Assembly (NCBI GenBank): GCA_965205025.1
Contig: CBDBFU010000020.1
Location: 224,001 to 288,000, forward strand
Reading direction: 5' to 3'
DNA length: 64,000 nucleotides
Source of the DNA: Candidatus Poribacteria bacterium
GTDB taxonomy: Bacteria; Poribacteria; WGA-4E; WGA-3G
In this document: in pieces, positions 1 through 10,525 of the stretch
How the letters are laid out: each line of letters opens with the position of its first letter
How positions within the stretch are numbered: the stretch's first letter is position 1
Position numbers and translations under genes: made by a program
Notes under the pieces: generated by a model
Database searches by the model: none
What the model was told of the DNA's origin: nothing
Seen by the model: the letters and a program-made list of their open reading frames with translations, nothing else

Positions 1-173
1 ATGAAGCAAACGTATTACGTTTCACAAACTTAATCCGAGCTTATGCTGAAAACACGCAGTTCGTAATTATCACACATAATAATAGAACTAAGGAAATTGC
101 TGATGTGATGTATGGTGTAACAATGGAACAAGCCGGGATGTCCAAAATCATCTCCTACAAGTTTACGGATTAA
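1..173 (+). CDS. smc: Chromosome segregation ATPase SMC, C-terminal end (partial, truncated by window start)
   Basis: Frame starting at nt 3 reads EANVLRF...QFVIITHN...ADVMYGVTMEQAGMSKIIS to TAA at 171-173, the typical post-Walker-B/H-loop C-terminus of SMC. Not in the ORF track. Confidence 0.88.
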   Translation, partial: EANVLRFTNLIRAYAENTQFVIITHNNRTKEIADVMYGVTMEQAGMSKIISYKFTD

Positions 174-194
174 TAATTTCCCTTCCTCCAAACA

Positions 195-1163
195 ATGTCA
201 GAACTTAATCGAACTCATCTCACTATCCTTCCACTTTCTGAGCGTCAACATAAGATGAGTGTAGAAGATATTTATTGTTTAGATGCATCAATCCCTAATT
301 ATGAAAATGAATGGCTTCCACTCGTTGCTGAACGTATCATTCAGGCAAGGAAGAAATCCAAACAGGTAATTTGGATGATGGGGGCACATGTTATGCGTCG
401 TGGAAACTCTCGTTATATCATTGACCTCCTGGAACGTGGTGTAATCACCCATATTGCTACGAATGGTGCCTGTGCCATTCACGATTTTGAAATGGCACAT
501 ATTGGTGCAACCCTTGAAGATGTTGAGATATACATCAAAGATGGAAAATTTGGTAATTGGGAAGAAACAGGTAGGTATATTAATCAAGCTATCAATAGAG
601 GTTACCACAACCAAATTGGTCTTGGTGAATCAATTGGAAAACTTATAGAAGACGGTGAAGAGAATATATCTATTCCCTATCGAGATGTAAGCATATTCGC
701 TGCTGCGTATCGCTTAAATATACCGATAACTGTTCATAAGGGCATCGGTTTTGACATTACCGATCAACATCCGTCTGCTGATTATGCTGCAATTGGATGG
801 ACATCCGGCAAGGATTTTCTCAAATTTGCAGAGTCTGTATCGAAATTAGAGGAGGGGGTATTCCTAAACTTAGGTTCGGCTGTGATGGGACCAGAGGTAT
901 ATCTTAAAAGTCTATCTATGGCGCGGAACATTGCAACACAACGTGGTGAACAGATTCGTCATTTTACAACTGCGAATTTCGACCTGATAGATTTTGCTGA
1001 TTTTCAAGAAGAAGGCAACCCTACCGATGCACATTATTATCACCGTCCAAAGAAAACCATACTAATCCGCACGGTTAAAGACGGTGGCGAGAGTTATCAT
1101 ATCTCTGGGGACTTTTCTGTCACTGTCCCAAATTTATACAACTTGATTACTACATCAATGTAA
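195..1163 (+). CDS. Deoxyhypusine synthase-like (DHS-like fold) hypothetical protein
   Basis: 322 aa with motifs MGAHV, ATNGA..HDFE, PITVH.GIG.D and LNLGSAVMGPEVYLK, resembling DHS-like proteins. Confidence 0.6.
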   Translation: MSELNRTHLTILPLSERQHKMSVEDIYCLDASIPNYENEWLPLVAERIIQARKKSKQVIWMMGAHVMRRGNSRYIIDLLERGVITHIATNGACAIHDFEMAHIGATLEDVEIYIKDGKFGNWEETGRYINQAINRGYHNQIGLGESIGKLIEDGEENISIPYRDVSIFAAAYRLNIPITVHKGIGFDITDQHPSADYAAIGWTSGKDFLKFAESVSKLEEGVFLNLGSAVMGPEVYLKSLSMARNIATQRGEQIRHFTTANFDLIDFADFQEEGNPTDAHYYHRPKKTILIRTVKDGGESYHISGDFSVTVPNLYNLITTSM

Positions 1164-1203
1164 GATAGAGTAATTGGAAATTAATTCTATCCTTGTGGGC
1201 ATG

Positions 1204-2430
1204 TTACCCAGATCGGATACTATAGTAATTTGCGTAATAAAATTCACTTTCTCGTTTTAACCAATCTGTATCTGTAACTTTATCACCAAATCGTTGATGT
1301 GAAAAATCGGAAATATCTTCCCCAGGATCACCATCAATCACCCATTTTGATAACCAGCATCCTACAGCCGCTGAACCAGCAATTCCTAATGCAGCACAAC
1401 CTGTAGCTAAGTATAGACGGTCAATTCCCGGTACAGGACCTATCATATATGCTCCATCAGGAGAAAAGGTGGTCATACCTCTGTTATATTCCGTAATGTC
1501 CAGATCGCTCAGAATAGGAAATATAGGTGATAATCTATCCCGTGCATCATCCATTACCTGAATTGGTGGTTCAATATCTCCTGTTCTAAAGTCAGATGGC
1601 ATTTTTTCCAAGTCAATACTTACTGGATTTGGTTCAAAAAATCCATAAAGGTACCCGCCTTTTTCAGGTCTCAGATAACAACTGAGATCAGGTACCCGCA
1701 CGACTGGATGATGTTCCGGTATGTTGCTGGTTGGTACTGTTCTTGCACGCTGATGACGGATTGGTTGTACAGCTGTTGTTGTACCAACTTCTTTAGCGAT
1801 TGAAGCACCCCACGGACCTGCGGTGATAATTACATGGTGTGATTCAATAACACCTACATTTGTTTCTACACCATAGATTTCTCCGTTATCTTGACATATT
1901 CTTATAACGGGTGTATCGAAACTAATTTCTACCCCTATATCCTTAGCAGCATTAGCATAAGCACAAGCACATTTATACGGATCTACATATCCATCATTAG
2001 GTACAAAGTATCCTCCCTCAATTTCACTCACATTGATTGATGGCACAAGTCTTGATATTTCATTATTTGAGATAAAGTTTGCTTCAATATTGTTCTTATG
2101 TGCCTTTTCAATCTGTTTTTTATACGCTTCCATCCGTTCAGGAGTAAGGGCAATCATCAAACTTCCGGTTTGCTGTAAGCTTGTATCATACCCTGTCTCT
2201 TTAGGAAACTGAGAAAAAAGTCTAAGAGCATAATGGATCGCCTGGAACATAATATCAGTAGACCGAATTTGTCCTACAAGTCCTGCAGCTTGTGTTGTAG
2301 TTTCTGCAGCAATTTTTGAATTACGTTCTAAAACGAGGATGTCATTTTGTCCGTATTTTGCCAAATGATAGGCAGTACTCAATCCCCATATCCCACCACC
2401 GATAATTATTACTTCAGTTTGTTTTTTCAT
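1204..2430 (-). CDS. FAD-dependent oxidoreductase, DAO/sarcosine oxidase beta/DMG dehydrogenase-like
   Basis: N-terminal IIGGGIWG Rossmann motif, ETT..AAG, DGYVDP and TFSPDG motifs. Confidence 0.85.
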   Translation of the reverse strand: MKKQTEVIIIGGGIWGLSTAYHLAKYGQNDILVLERNSKIAAETTTQAAGLVGQIRSTDIMFQAIHYALRLFSQFPKETGYDTSLQQTGSLMIALTPERMEAYKKQIEKAHKNNIEANFISNNEISRLVPSINVSEIEGGYFVPNDGYVDPYKCACAYANAAKDIGVEISFDTPVIRICQDNGEIYGVETNVGVIESHHVIITAGPWGASIAKEVGTTTAVQPIRHQRARTVPTSNIPEHHPVVRVPDLSCYLRPEKGGYLYGFFEPNPVSIDLEKMPSDFRTGDIEPPIQVMDDARDRLSPIFPILSDLDITEYNRGMTTFSPDGAYMIGPVPGIDRLYLATGCAALGIAGSAAVGCWLSKWVIDGDPGEDISDFSHQRFGDKVTDTDWLKRESEFYYANYYSIRSG

Positions 2431-2449
2431 AGTGACATCAATCTGTAAA

Positions 2450-5188
2450 TTAGCCTACTGATGCAATCTCTAAATGTCCTTTCCAGTGTGCATGTAACAT
2501 TTGTTTCATGAGTTGATGTTCGGGTAGGTTTAACTGAGGATCTATTTTGATGATATTCATTGCCTCTTTCTTTGCTGCTTCCAGTAATTCAGCATCACTA
2601 ATGATATTTGCAATCTTGAATGTTGGCATCCCAGATTGGCGCGTACCAAAAAATTCACCAGGACCACGTATATTCAGATCTTCTTCAGCAATTTCAAAGC
2701 CGTTATTTGAACGTACCATTACTTGAATACGACGGTATGCCTCATCGGATTTCGGAGTTGCCACCAAGTAACAGTATGACTTATTACTTCCTCGTCCAAC
2801 TCTACCACGTAATTGATGAAGTTGTGCCAAACCAAATCGTTCTGCATTTTCAATCACCATAATTGTCGCATTAGGCACATCTATCCCTACCTCAATTACT
2901 GTTGTGGCAACAAGTATATCAACTTCCTTAGCATTGAATTGTGCCATAACGTTCTGTTTCTCAACAGACTTCAACTGACCGTGTAATAACCCAATTCGTA
3001 AATTTGGAAACACTTCTTCCTGTATGTGTTCAGCCATTTTTGTAGCAGCTTTTAATTCCTCTAATTTCTCTGATTCTTCGACCAATGGGTATACAATATA
3101 TGCTTGTCTTCCACTGTTAATCTCTTTCTGTAGTTCGGTATACAACTCACCACGATCTTTTTCTTTCACCCATTGTGTTACAATCTTCTGTCTACCTGGT
3201 GGTAATTCATCTATAACAGAGACATTCAGATCCCCGTATACAGTTAGTGAAAGTGTTCTGGGTATAGGAGTAGCGGTCATGACTAATACATCAGGTGAAA
3301 GTTGTTTATCAGTTGATGATTTTCCTTTACTTCTGAGCATCGCACGCTGCATTACACCAAATCGATGTTGCTCATCTACAATTACAAGTCCAAGATTAGA
3401 AAATTCTACACCTTCCTGTATAAGTGCTTGTGTTCCAATAATTAGGTTTGCGCTCCCATCAGAAATTGCAGTGATTGCTTCATCTCGTTCTGATTTTGTA
3501 AGATCACTTTTTAGAAGTATAACCTTGAGACCAAGAGGAGATAGGATATTCAATAGGTTTTGGTGGTGTTGTTCTGCGAGTATTTCAGTTGGTACCATTA
3601 ATGCACCTTGGTATCCGTTTTCAATCGCACAGAGAAGCGACATAGCCGCAACAACTGTCTTACCAGATCCTACATCTCCTTGAATTAATCTATTCATTAC
3701 ACGTGAACTCTTCATATCATCACGTATTTCTTCAAACACCTTGGATTGTGCTTTTGTTAATTCAAAGGGCAGAGAAACAATGAATCTATTCAAGAGACTA
3801 TTGGAATCTGTATGATCTATCTCAAATTGAATCCCATTTTGTGCAGTTCTGTGGTCTTTTCGCATTTCCATCCCAAGACTCAACAAAAAGAATTCATCAA
3901 ATGCCAGTCGACGTTGTGCAGCGATCCGGTGTGCATCTGATGCAGGAAAATGTATCTCATTAATGGCGTGTTGTCTATCAATGAGATGATTTTTCTGACG
4001 AATTTGTAACGGTAATATCTCAGGAATATCTTCCCCAGTCTCATTTAACACATTCCGAACAGCAGTTCGTATCAATTTTGCGGTAAGGTTGGCTGTTAAA
4101 GGATATTTTGGTACAATTCGTTTAGTATGAATCAGATTATCTTCATCAAAAATCTCAAATTCATAGTCAGATGTTTGTATCTCATTGTATCGTCTTGTGA
4201 ATTTACCGCTAATTACTACCTCTGTTTCAATTGGAAGGATAGATTTTATATACCCTATTCTTCTTCCAAAATTAACTAATACCGCTACACCTGTCCCATC
4301 AAAAATTGATACTTTTCCTATACTTTTTCGACCTTTGGCAACAGGTGGTTGGGTAACATGATTAACGACTTTCCCTTGAATTGTTTCAGGCTTTCCACTT
4401 TCCGATCTCCCCAGAGTATAAATATCTACAATCTTGGATCTATCAAGATAGTCCCGTGGATAGTATTCTAATAATCCTCCTATAGTTTGAATGTCAATTT
4501 CTTCTAAGAGGATCTGAGCACGTTTGGGACCAATACCCTTAACATATTGAAGTGAATTATTAAATAATTCCAAAGATTCAACATCAATTGAAACAGGTTT
4601 ACCACTAATTACCACAGACGGAATTTCATCATCTGATATGTCATCCTTAACTGATGGAGTAATTGTATCAAATGATGCTGGTTGGGTATTCAATGAGTCT
4701 GAAGAATCAATGGTCGGAACAACAGGAGTTTGTGGTTTTTCTTCAGAAGGAGGGGTAATTTCATTCTGATTTGAATTACGGAATAAAGGTAAGTTTTCAA
4801 TCTGTTTTAAGTCTGTAGATGTAGACTTTTTGTGATTTAGATCACTAATATTCTTGTTAGGTTTGATCTCTGTTTTTTGTACTGGATCTTCATCAGAAGA
4901 TAGGAGAGTTAAATCACCAATTAGTGCTGCGTTAATTGACTGAGATGCCTGTTGTAGAATACTCTCTCTTTCAGCTGTAGGTAAATTAGAATAGTTTCGA
5001 AATAGTTCATTTAATTTATTTATGAACAATGTTTGTTCTGTAGTCAATTCAAGTTTTGTAGCATTGGCTACCCACAGTGAAACATAGGCTTCTAAACCAT
5101 TAATTACAACATCATCAAGACAACCTGTTTTTAGTTCCTGCTGAAATGGTCTATTAATTGTTGATAATATCTTATTTAACTCGTTCAT
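2450..5188 (-). CDS. recG: ATP-dependent DNA helicase RecG, with long N-terminal extension
   Basis: QGDVGSGKT, DEQHRFG, MTATPIPRTL, QLRGRVGR and RGPGEFFG.RQSG motifs. Confidence 0.96.
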   Translation of the reverse strand: MNELNKILSTINRPFQQELKTGCLDDVVINGLEAYVSLWVANATKLELTTEQTLFINKLNELFRNYSNLPTAERESILQQASQSINAALIGDLTLLSSDEDPVQKTEIKPNKNISDLNHKKSTSTDLKQIENLPLFRNSNQNEITPPSEEKPQTPVVPTIDSSDSLNTQPASFDTITPSVKDDISDDEIPSVVISGKPVSIDVESLELFNNSLQYVKGIGPKRAQILLEEIDIQTIGGLLEYYPRDYLDRSKIVDIYTLGRSESGKPETIQGKVVNHVTQPPVAKGRKSIGKVSIFDGTGVAVLVNFGRRIGYIKSILPIETEVVISGKFTRRYNEIQTSDYEFEIFDEDNLIHTKRIVPKYPLTANLTAKLIRTAVRNVLNETGEDIPEILPLQIRQKNHLIDRQHAINEIHFPASDAHRIAAQRRLAFDEFFLLSLGMEMRKDHRTAQNGIQFEIDHTDSNSLLNRFIVSLPFELTKAQSKVFEEIRDDMKSSRVMNRLIQGDVGSGKTVVAAMSLLCAIENGYQGALMVPTEILAEQHHQNLLNILSPLGLKVILLKSDLTKSERDEAITAISDGSANLIIGTQALIQEGVEFSNLGLVIVDEQHRFGVMQRAMLRSKGKSSTDKQLSPDVLVMTATPIPRTLSLTVYGDLNVSVIDELPPGRQKIVTQWVKEKDRGELYTELQKEINSGRQAYIVYPLVEESEKLEELKAATKMAEHIQEEVFPNLRIGLLHGQLKSVEKQNVMAQFNAKEVDILVATTVIEVGIDVPNATIMVIENAERFGLAQLHQLRGRVGRGSNKSYCYLVATPKSDEAYRRIQVMVRSNNGFEIAEEDLNIRGPGEFFGTRQSGMPTFKIANIISDAELLEAAKKEAMNIIKIDPQLNLPEHQLMKQMLHAHWKGHLEIASVG

Positions 5189-5443
5189 TCTTTTTTTATC
5201 TGGGATTCAACCTAACGTAGGTACAGATTAATGTGTATAGTATACTCTAAGACCTATATAGAATCAATTGTTAACAACCTCTTCAAATCGTAACGACTGA
5301 TGATTGTGTTATGCTACATATATAGCACTTTTATATTAGAATATTGGTCCGATTAACAATTTTTCTAATATACAATTCACATGTTATGGTATGATATATC
5401 TATAAGTATTATTACCGAAAACATTAGAACCTGGAATATTGGT

Positions 5444-6281
5444 ATGAATTCTATATATCTGACTGAAGAACAGAAGCAACATTGGCACGATGAAGGTTAT
5501 CTAATTCTAAGACAAGTTCTATCATCTAAAGAAGTTGAAGAGATTCTTACTGCAGTAGATAAGGTAATTGAATCCTATGTACAGCAGACTCCAAAACTTC
5601 AGGGAACTCGTTTTGGTTCTGGGGCATTTACTATCATCCGAGCAATAGAAAGGACTCCCACATTAGATTCACTGACTGACCATCCAAATACTTTTGGGAC
5701 AATCCTATCTCTGATGGGGTCCGTATCTACAAATTATGGGTACACAAATATATGTTCGTCATCCTGATGAAGAACAACTTATGGGGTTTCACACTGATGC
5801 CGGTCCCTCTTTACAAAGAATTCAGCCCAATCCTAATAGTCTACCATTACAATTCAAAATTCAGTTTTTTCTAACTGACCTATCTCATGAAAATAGTGCC
5901 AACTTCATGTGTGTACCGGGAAGTCATAATAGACCATTTTCAGATTATCATACTGTTAATGGTAAATATCCTGAAGGAGCAATCCAAGTAATTGCTAAGG
6001 CGGGTGATGCTGTGATATTTCCATGGGCACTTTGGCACGGTGTGGGTCCAAATCATACAGACATCATCCGAAAAAGTGTTACTTTCCGGTACGGACAGAT
6101 GTGGAGTAGACCGTATGATTATGATTCTCTTCCAGAAGATGTACTCTCAAGAATGACACCTCGACGACAAAGGTTGTTTGGTTTTATGGGTGAAGACTAC
6201 CATCCAACTGATTATTTCAAACCGAAAGATCAAATTGAGATTATCTGTGGTGATGATTGGAATATAAATCTCGAAAATTAA
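5444..6281 (+). CDS. Phytanoyl-CoA dioxygenase (PhyH) family protein, split by a +1 frameshift near 5716-5719 (probable sequencing error)
   Basis: N-terminal LTEEQK..W..EGYL joins the H-x-D motif (FHTD), VPGSH and WHG. Removing one G from 'atggggtccg' restores LMGPYLQIMGTQ. Confidence 0.8.
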
Positions 6282-7195
6282 CTTGACCCTTCCAATTTTT
6301 CAAATAAATCCCTGAAGATAGTATCTCGATTAACACCTGTAGCAACACGCATAAGATGTCTACTGTTGTCAAAACTCCACGTAATCATATCTGTTAGTAT
6401 AGGACTATGTACTATTTCAGTGGGCACCCAACTGCTATTAATGAGATATGCCGTTGCTGATATATCCCATATTACCTTGGACCAAGCATAATGGTCTTTA
6501 TGATATTCTTTGAATATCTCAACAAGGTAATCTCCGATCCTACCTCTACCTTGAACATACCGTTCCATCTCAGAAACAGTCGTTAACAGATGTGAAACAA
6601 CCCCTCGTGCTGGTAGATGGACAAATGGAACACCACTATCTAAGACAACCCTCGCTCCTAAAACATCTTGCGCAAGGTTAAACTCACGGGTATGAGACCA
6701 ATATAATGGATTTCCACCCAACCAAACCACAACAATATTCTTTATAATTTCTGGTTCAATTAGAATAGCTGATGCTACGTTGGTAATTGCACCTATAGCA
6801 ACAACATATAGTGGTTCGTTAGAATTAGATAATGCACGTTCAATCAGATCTTTAGTTGCCTCACTCTCTATTGGTGAATCTACACTCGACAAAAATGCAG
6901 TTGAACCCCGATATGCAAACCCTTCAGATTCAACATTTAGGAATGTTAATAACCTCAGTATCTCATCATAGCTTTTCTCCATACCGTCTTCAGCATCCTT
7001 TGAACGATTATTATGGAATGGAGCAGCATATAACGCTTCTACATTGAGTTCGTCAGGTGATAATAAAGCATGGACAACAGCAAACTGGTCATCAATCTCA
7101 TTATATGTATCTGTGTCAAGTATCATTCTAACACACCCATCTGGGGGGTGTAACATCTCTATCCGTTTGGATTCAGGAATGGTTGGAAAGTTCAT
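6278..7195 (-). CDS. Inosine-uridine preferring nucleoside hydrolase family protein
   Basis: LDTDTYNEIDD, GAITNVA, EFNL..D and WD motifs. Confidence 0.88.
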   Translation of the reverse strand: MNFPTIPESKRIEMLHPPDGCVRMILDTDTYNEIDDQFAVVHALLSPDELNVEALYAAPFHNNRSKDAEDGMEKSYDEILRLLTFLNVESEGFAYRGSTAFLSSVDSPIESEATKDLIERALSNSNEPLYVVAIGAITNVASAILIEPEIIKNIVVVWLGGNPLYWSHTREFNLAQDVLGARVVLDSGVPFVHLPARGVVSHLLTTVSEMERYVQGRGRIGDYLVEIFKEYHKDHYAWSKVIWDISATAYLINSSWVPTEIVHSPILTDMITWSFDNSRHLMRVATGVNRDTIFRDLFEKLEGSS

Positions 7196-7496
7196 AATTA
7201 TTGTACCTTTATTGTACCTTATTGACTTAAACTGGATATAGATTTATAGATTATCACATAAATGACAATACAGTCAATTATTGGAATGAAAATGGGTGTG
7301 TAAAGTATTGGCACTCAACATCATCCTGCAATTGTATCTGGAAACCAATATTTTTCCCAAGTATTGTTCATTTACCTACATCTCAACTCCATTATGGCAT
7401 TGAGACCTTCATCTGTCAATCTCATAATTATATTAGATGTATGGTTATTGTGAATGGAAAAAGTGTTAATATTTATCGTTTTGAGATAATATCACT

Positions 7497-7584
7497 TTCA
7501 CGGAAACCTTCACGGAGCAATTTTACGAAGCCTTATTCTATAAGGGTTTGTAATTTTAATTATACCAATCTCCGTGAATCACAT
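7497..7584. repeat. ~88-bp dispersed module, copy A (inverted relative to copies B and C)
   Basis: ttcacgga-aacc-ttcacgga...ccttattctataagggttt...tccgtgaa-tcacat. Its reverse complement differs from 8225-8313 at 4 positions by eye. Confidence 0.92.
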
Positions 7585-7660
7585 GCGTTAATTAGTTGTT
7601 AACAATTGCGTGTATGGAATGCATCTTCGGTTTTCATCTGATTATTAATATCTCTTTAAT

Positions 7661-7684
7661 GTAGCATAAACTTCCAGTTTGTGC
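7661..7684 (+). repeat. GTAG-type REP-like palindrome, family 1
   Basis: gtagcataaacttccagtttgtgc; related copies at 53610 and 63948. Confidence 0.7.
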
Positions 7685-7927
7685 GGTATTTCAAGACATA
7701 CTTTACAACTTCTCATCGGGTAAACATTTATATAAATGGAATTAGTAGTTCCTTTGATAAGTGGTAATGGTTATTAGGTTTAAAATCCTTGTGAGAAATC
7801 TCAGTATAGATAATCAGTAGAATTAACGTTATGAATAATTCGGAAGAGAAATCCTGATATTTTTCACGATATAGTACAATCCTGATATTTCACACAATAG
7901 AATTATTAATTTCCCAATATGTAATTT

Positions 7928-7977
7928 GATAATGAGACTCAATATTATTTATATTATAGATAATGAGACTCAGTATT
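7928..7977. promoter_or_regulatory. Tandem Fur-family-like operators, 31-bp spacing
   Basis: gataatgagactcaatatt (7928-7946) and gataatgagactcagtatt (7959-7977) resemble the Fur box GATAATGATAATCATTATC. Confidence 0.6.
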
Positions 7978-8224
7978 ATATATATTAGAATATAACTATA
8001 TAATAATATAATAGTATTTGATGATTATTCTATTATATTACGTTATTTTAACTACAATATGTCAAATACTTATATCTCTAATTATTTGAGGTTTAAAATG
8101 GACATACAGGAATAACCGTTAGGATGCTGATGTTTGTATTCTATTTAATTTGACTCTTGATCATAGGCATTTTTCAGAGTGTGTAGCCACCTACAATTCA
8201 ATTTAGTAATATATAATATAACAT

Positions 8225-8313
8225 ATGTGATTCACGGAGAATTGGTATAGTTAAAATTATAAACCCTTATAGAATATGGCTTCGTAAAATTGCTCCGTGA
8301 AGGTTTCCGTGAA
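8225..8313. repeat. ~89-bp dispersed module, copy B
   Basis: atgtga-ttcacgga...aaacccttatagaata...tccgtgaa-ggtt-tccgtgaa; inverted copy of 7497-7584 and direct copy of 63508-63596. Confidence 0.92.
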
Positions 8314-8598
8314 TGGAGTTGTGAATTTCTCAATGGAGAATTAACAGATACTACAGTTGGAGAAACTATAGTTCGGACAATTCTTATCCATTTTGATATA
8401 AAATTAGGGTAACTGTTTAGGGTAGGAAATTGATCCAATATAAGTTGAATATGCTTGTTGAAATACTTTTTAAATTGTAGTATAATTCTTTTTAAAATAT
8501 GTGCTAAATCCTATCAGTATATGTTCCTATTACAGTATCATTGGAGGTATTAAATAGATACTTTTTACTATACTAAATAAACAGTATCAACTTACTAA

Positions 8599-9597
8599 AT
8601 GAATACACTCCGACACATAATTAATGGTTTTCTCATTGGAATTGCTAACATAATACCCGGTATGAGTGGTGGAACACTTGCACTTGTGTTAGGAATATAT
8701 GAACGGTTGATAAATGCATTAAGAAATATTGGAATTAATACTGCCAAATCAACAATAGGATTACTATCTTTTAGACAAAAGGCATATACATCATTTCAAG
8801 ATGAACTTCGTAATATAGACTTTAAATTTCTATTCTTATTAGGTGTTGGTGCTTTTGTTTCTGTTGTAGTCTCATCTAAGATTATCGTTTATCTCTTGAG
8901 TGCTCATCACGATGCTACTTACGGTTTCTTTTTTGGTCTTGTCTTAACCTCAATCCTTATTCCTGTTCGTATGCTCAACGGGTTTAGGTGGAAAGAAATC
9001 TTGGTTTTATTATTGGCAATAGGATTAATTGTTACAATAGAAGAGTTGAAGAAAAGTGCAGCGAATTCTATTTCAGTATCAGGAGTTGACTTAGACACTA
9101 CTATAACAACTTATGGACTTTTCTTTATTTCTGGTGCTTTAGCAATTTCAGCGATGATTTTGCCCGGTATAAGTGGCTCCTTCCTAATGTTAGCTTTTGG
9201 AGTTTATTTTCCTTTAGTAACAGCGATTAAGGATACTATAGATGGTTTTTTTTCAATTCTAAAGGGAGGCACAATCCAACCGATTCTTGATAATATGCTC
9301 TTACTGAGTATTTTCGCTATTGGGTGTATAAGTGGACTATTACTCTTTACAAGATTGTTAAATCTGTTGCTAAAACAGTACCGTAATTTGACTATTGCAT
9401 TCCTTATTGGATTGATGGTTGGGTCATTATATGGTTTATGGCCATTTCGCGCATCTTTAACAGTTGGAGATAATCGCTATGACACAACCCATCTTCTTCC
9501 TGAAGTAAATTTGGATCTACTAATTACAGCAGTGGTGTTTCTTGTCGGTTGTGGAGTTATCTTATGGTTTTCAAGATTTGAAAAGGAAACTGGATGA
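8599..9597 (+). CDS. DUF368 family membrane protein (putative undecaprenyl-phosphate translocase)
   Basis: Duplicated G.A.IIPG.SGGT.A and AMILPGISGS motifs, multiple transmembrane helices. Confidence 0.88.
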   Translation: MNTLRHIINGFLIGIANIIPGMSGGTLALVLGIYERLINALRNIGINTAKSTIGLLSFRQKAYTSFQDELRNIDFKFLFLLGVGAFVSVVVSSKIIVYLLSAHHDATYGFFFGLVLTSILIPVRMLNGFRWKEILVLLLAIGLIVTIEELKKSAANSISVSGVDLDTTITTYGLFFISGALAISAMILPGISGSFLMLAFGVYFPLVTAIKDTIDGFFSILKGGTIQPILDNMLLLSIFAIGCISGLLLFTRLLNLLLKQYRNLTIAFLIGLMVGSLYGLWPFRASLTVGDNRYDTTHLLPEVNLDLLITAVVFLVGCGVILWFSRFEKETG

Positions 9598-10457
9598 CGA
9601 AAAAGGTCGGGTTTTTTGTTAATACCAATAAAGAGAAAGCAACACAGGTTGTAATAGAAGTATCTGCGTTGTTAAAAAAGGCTGGTGCCATACCAATAAT
9701 TCCAAGTGAACAAGCTAAAGCACTTGGTTTTCCTGATACTGGTATTAGCACTGACCAAATGGTAGAGGAATCTGATCTTGTAATAGTGCTTGGAGGGGAT
9801 GGAACCCTTCTTAGTGCTGCACATACACCAAAAATAGAAAAAATACCTATACTTGCAATTAATTTAGGGCACCTGGGATTCTTAACAGATGCATCACTTG
9901 ATGAACTTAATCCAACATTAAGAGCAACATTGAATGGGGATTATCGTATTGAGCATCGTATGATGTTAGAGGTATTCGTAAATAGTCAGAGTTCCCAACA
10001 GTTTCATGCATACGCACTCAACGATGTTGTCATACGACACTATACAAGATTAATAGAACTAAAAGCGTTTGTAGACGGTGAATTGTTTATTCCATATAAT
10101 GCTGATGGGTTGATAATTGCTACACCAAGTGGTTCTACTGGTTATTCTCTATCCTGTGGTGGTACAATTGTCGCCCCACAGATTAAGGCAATTCTGTTAA
10201 CACCAATTGCTCCTCATAGTCTGACAGTACGACCATTTATTGCTCATGGTGATGCGGAAATAAAAGTTGAAATGCATTCAACTTATGAAAGTTTAGATCT
10301 TTTTATAGACGGACAACGCGAAACACATACACTTAAGAGAGAAGTAGAAATTGAAATCCGGAAGGCTGAACGTACTATTCAACTAATCCGGTCAAGAAAC
10401 CATAGTTATTATAAAGCACTCCGTGAAAAACTGATGTTAGGCGAAAGAATAAAGTAA
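9594..10457 (+). CDS. nadK: NAD kinase
   Basis: GGDGT, N.GHLGFL, ND, DGLIIATPSGSTGY motifs; lies upstream of recN as usual. Confidence 0.95.
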   Translation: MTKKVGFFVNTNKEKATQVVIEVSALLKKAGAIPIIPSEQAKALGFPDTGISTDQMVEESDLVIVLGGDGTLLSAAHTPKIEKIPILAINLGHLGFLTDASLDELNPTLRATLNGDYRIEHRMMLEVFVNSQSSQQFHAYALNDVVIRHYTRLIELKAFVDGELFIPYNADGLIIATPSGSTGYSLSCGGTIVAPQIKAILLTPIAPHSLTVRPFIAHGDAEIKVEMHSTYESLDLFIDGQRETHTLKREVEIEIRKAERTIQLIRSRNHSYYKALREKLMLGERIK

Positions 10458-10525
10458 TATTGTAATTCTGTAATAAACCATTATATTAACGCATTCAAAT
10501 ACTATTGAATTTATTAAGGAAGACC

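Noticed and set aside
3024-3683. Long antisense ORFs (also 16191-16781, 36845-37252, 50156-50557 and others)
   Set aside because: Shadow frames opposite well-supported genes, with no motifs of their own.
5381-5767. Programmed ribosomal frameshifting in the PhyH gene and the other split genes
   Set aside because: No consistent slippery-site or stimulator pattern; the spread across unrelated genes favours sequencing error.
7497-8313. CRISPR leader with array next to the 89-bp modules
   Set aside because: The architecture is leader-like, but no repeat-spacer units follow any of the three copies.
8232-8438. 68-aa ORF on the minus strand
   Set aside because: Overlaps repeat copy B, uses a non-ATG start, and no equivalent ORF appears at the other copies.
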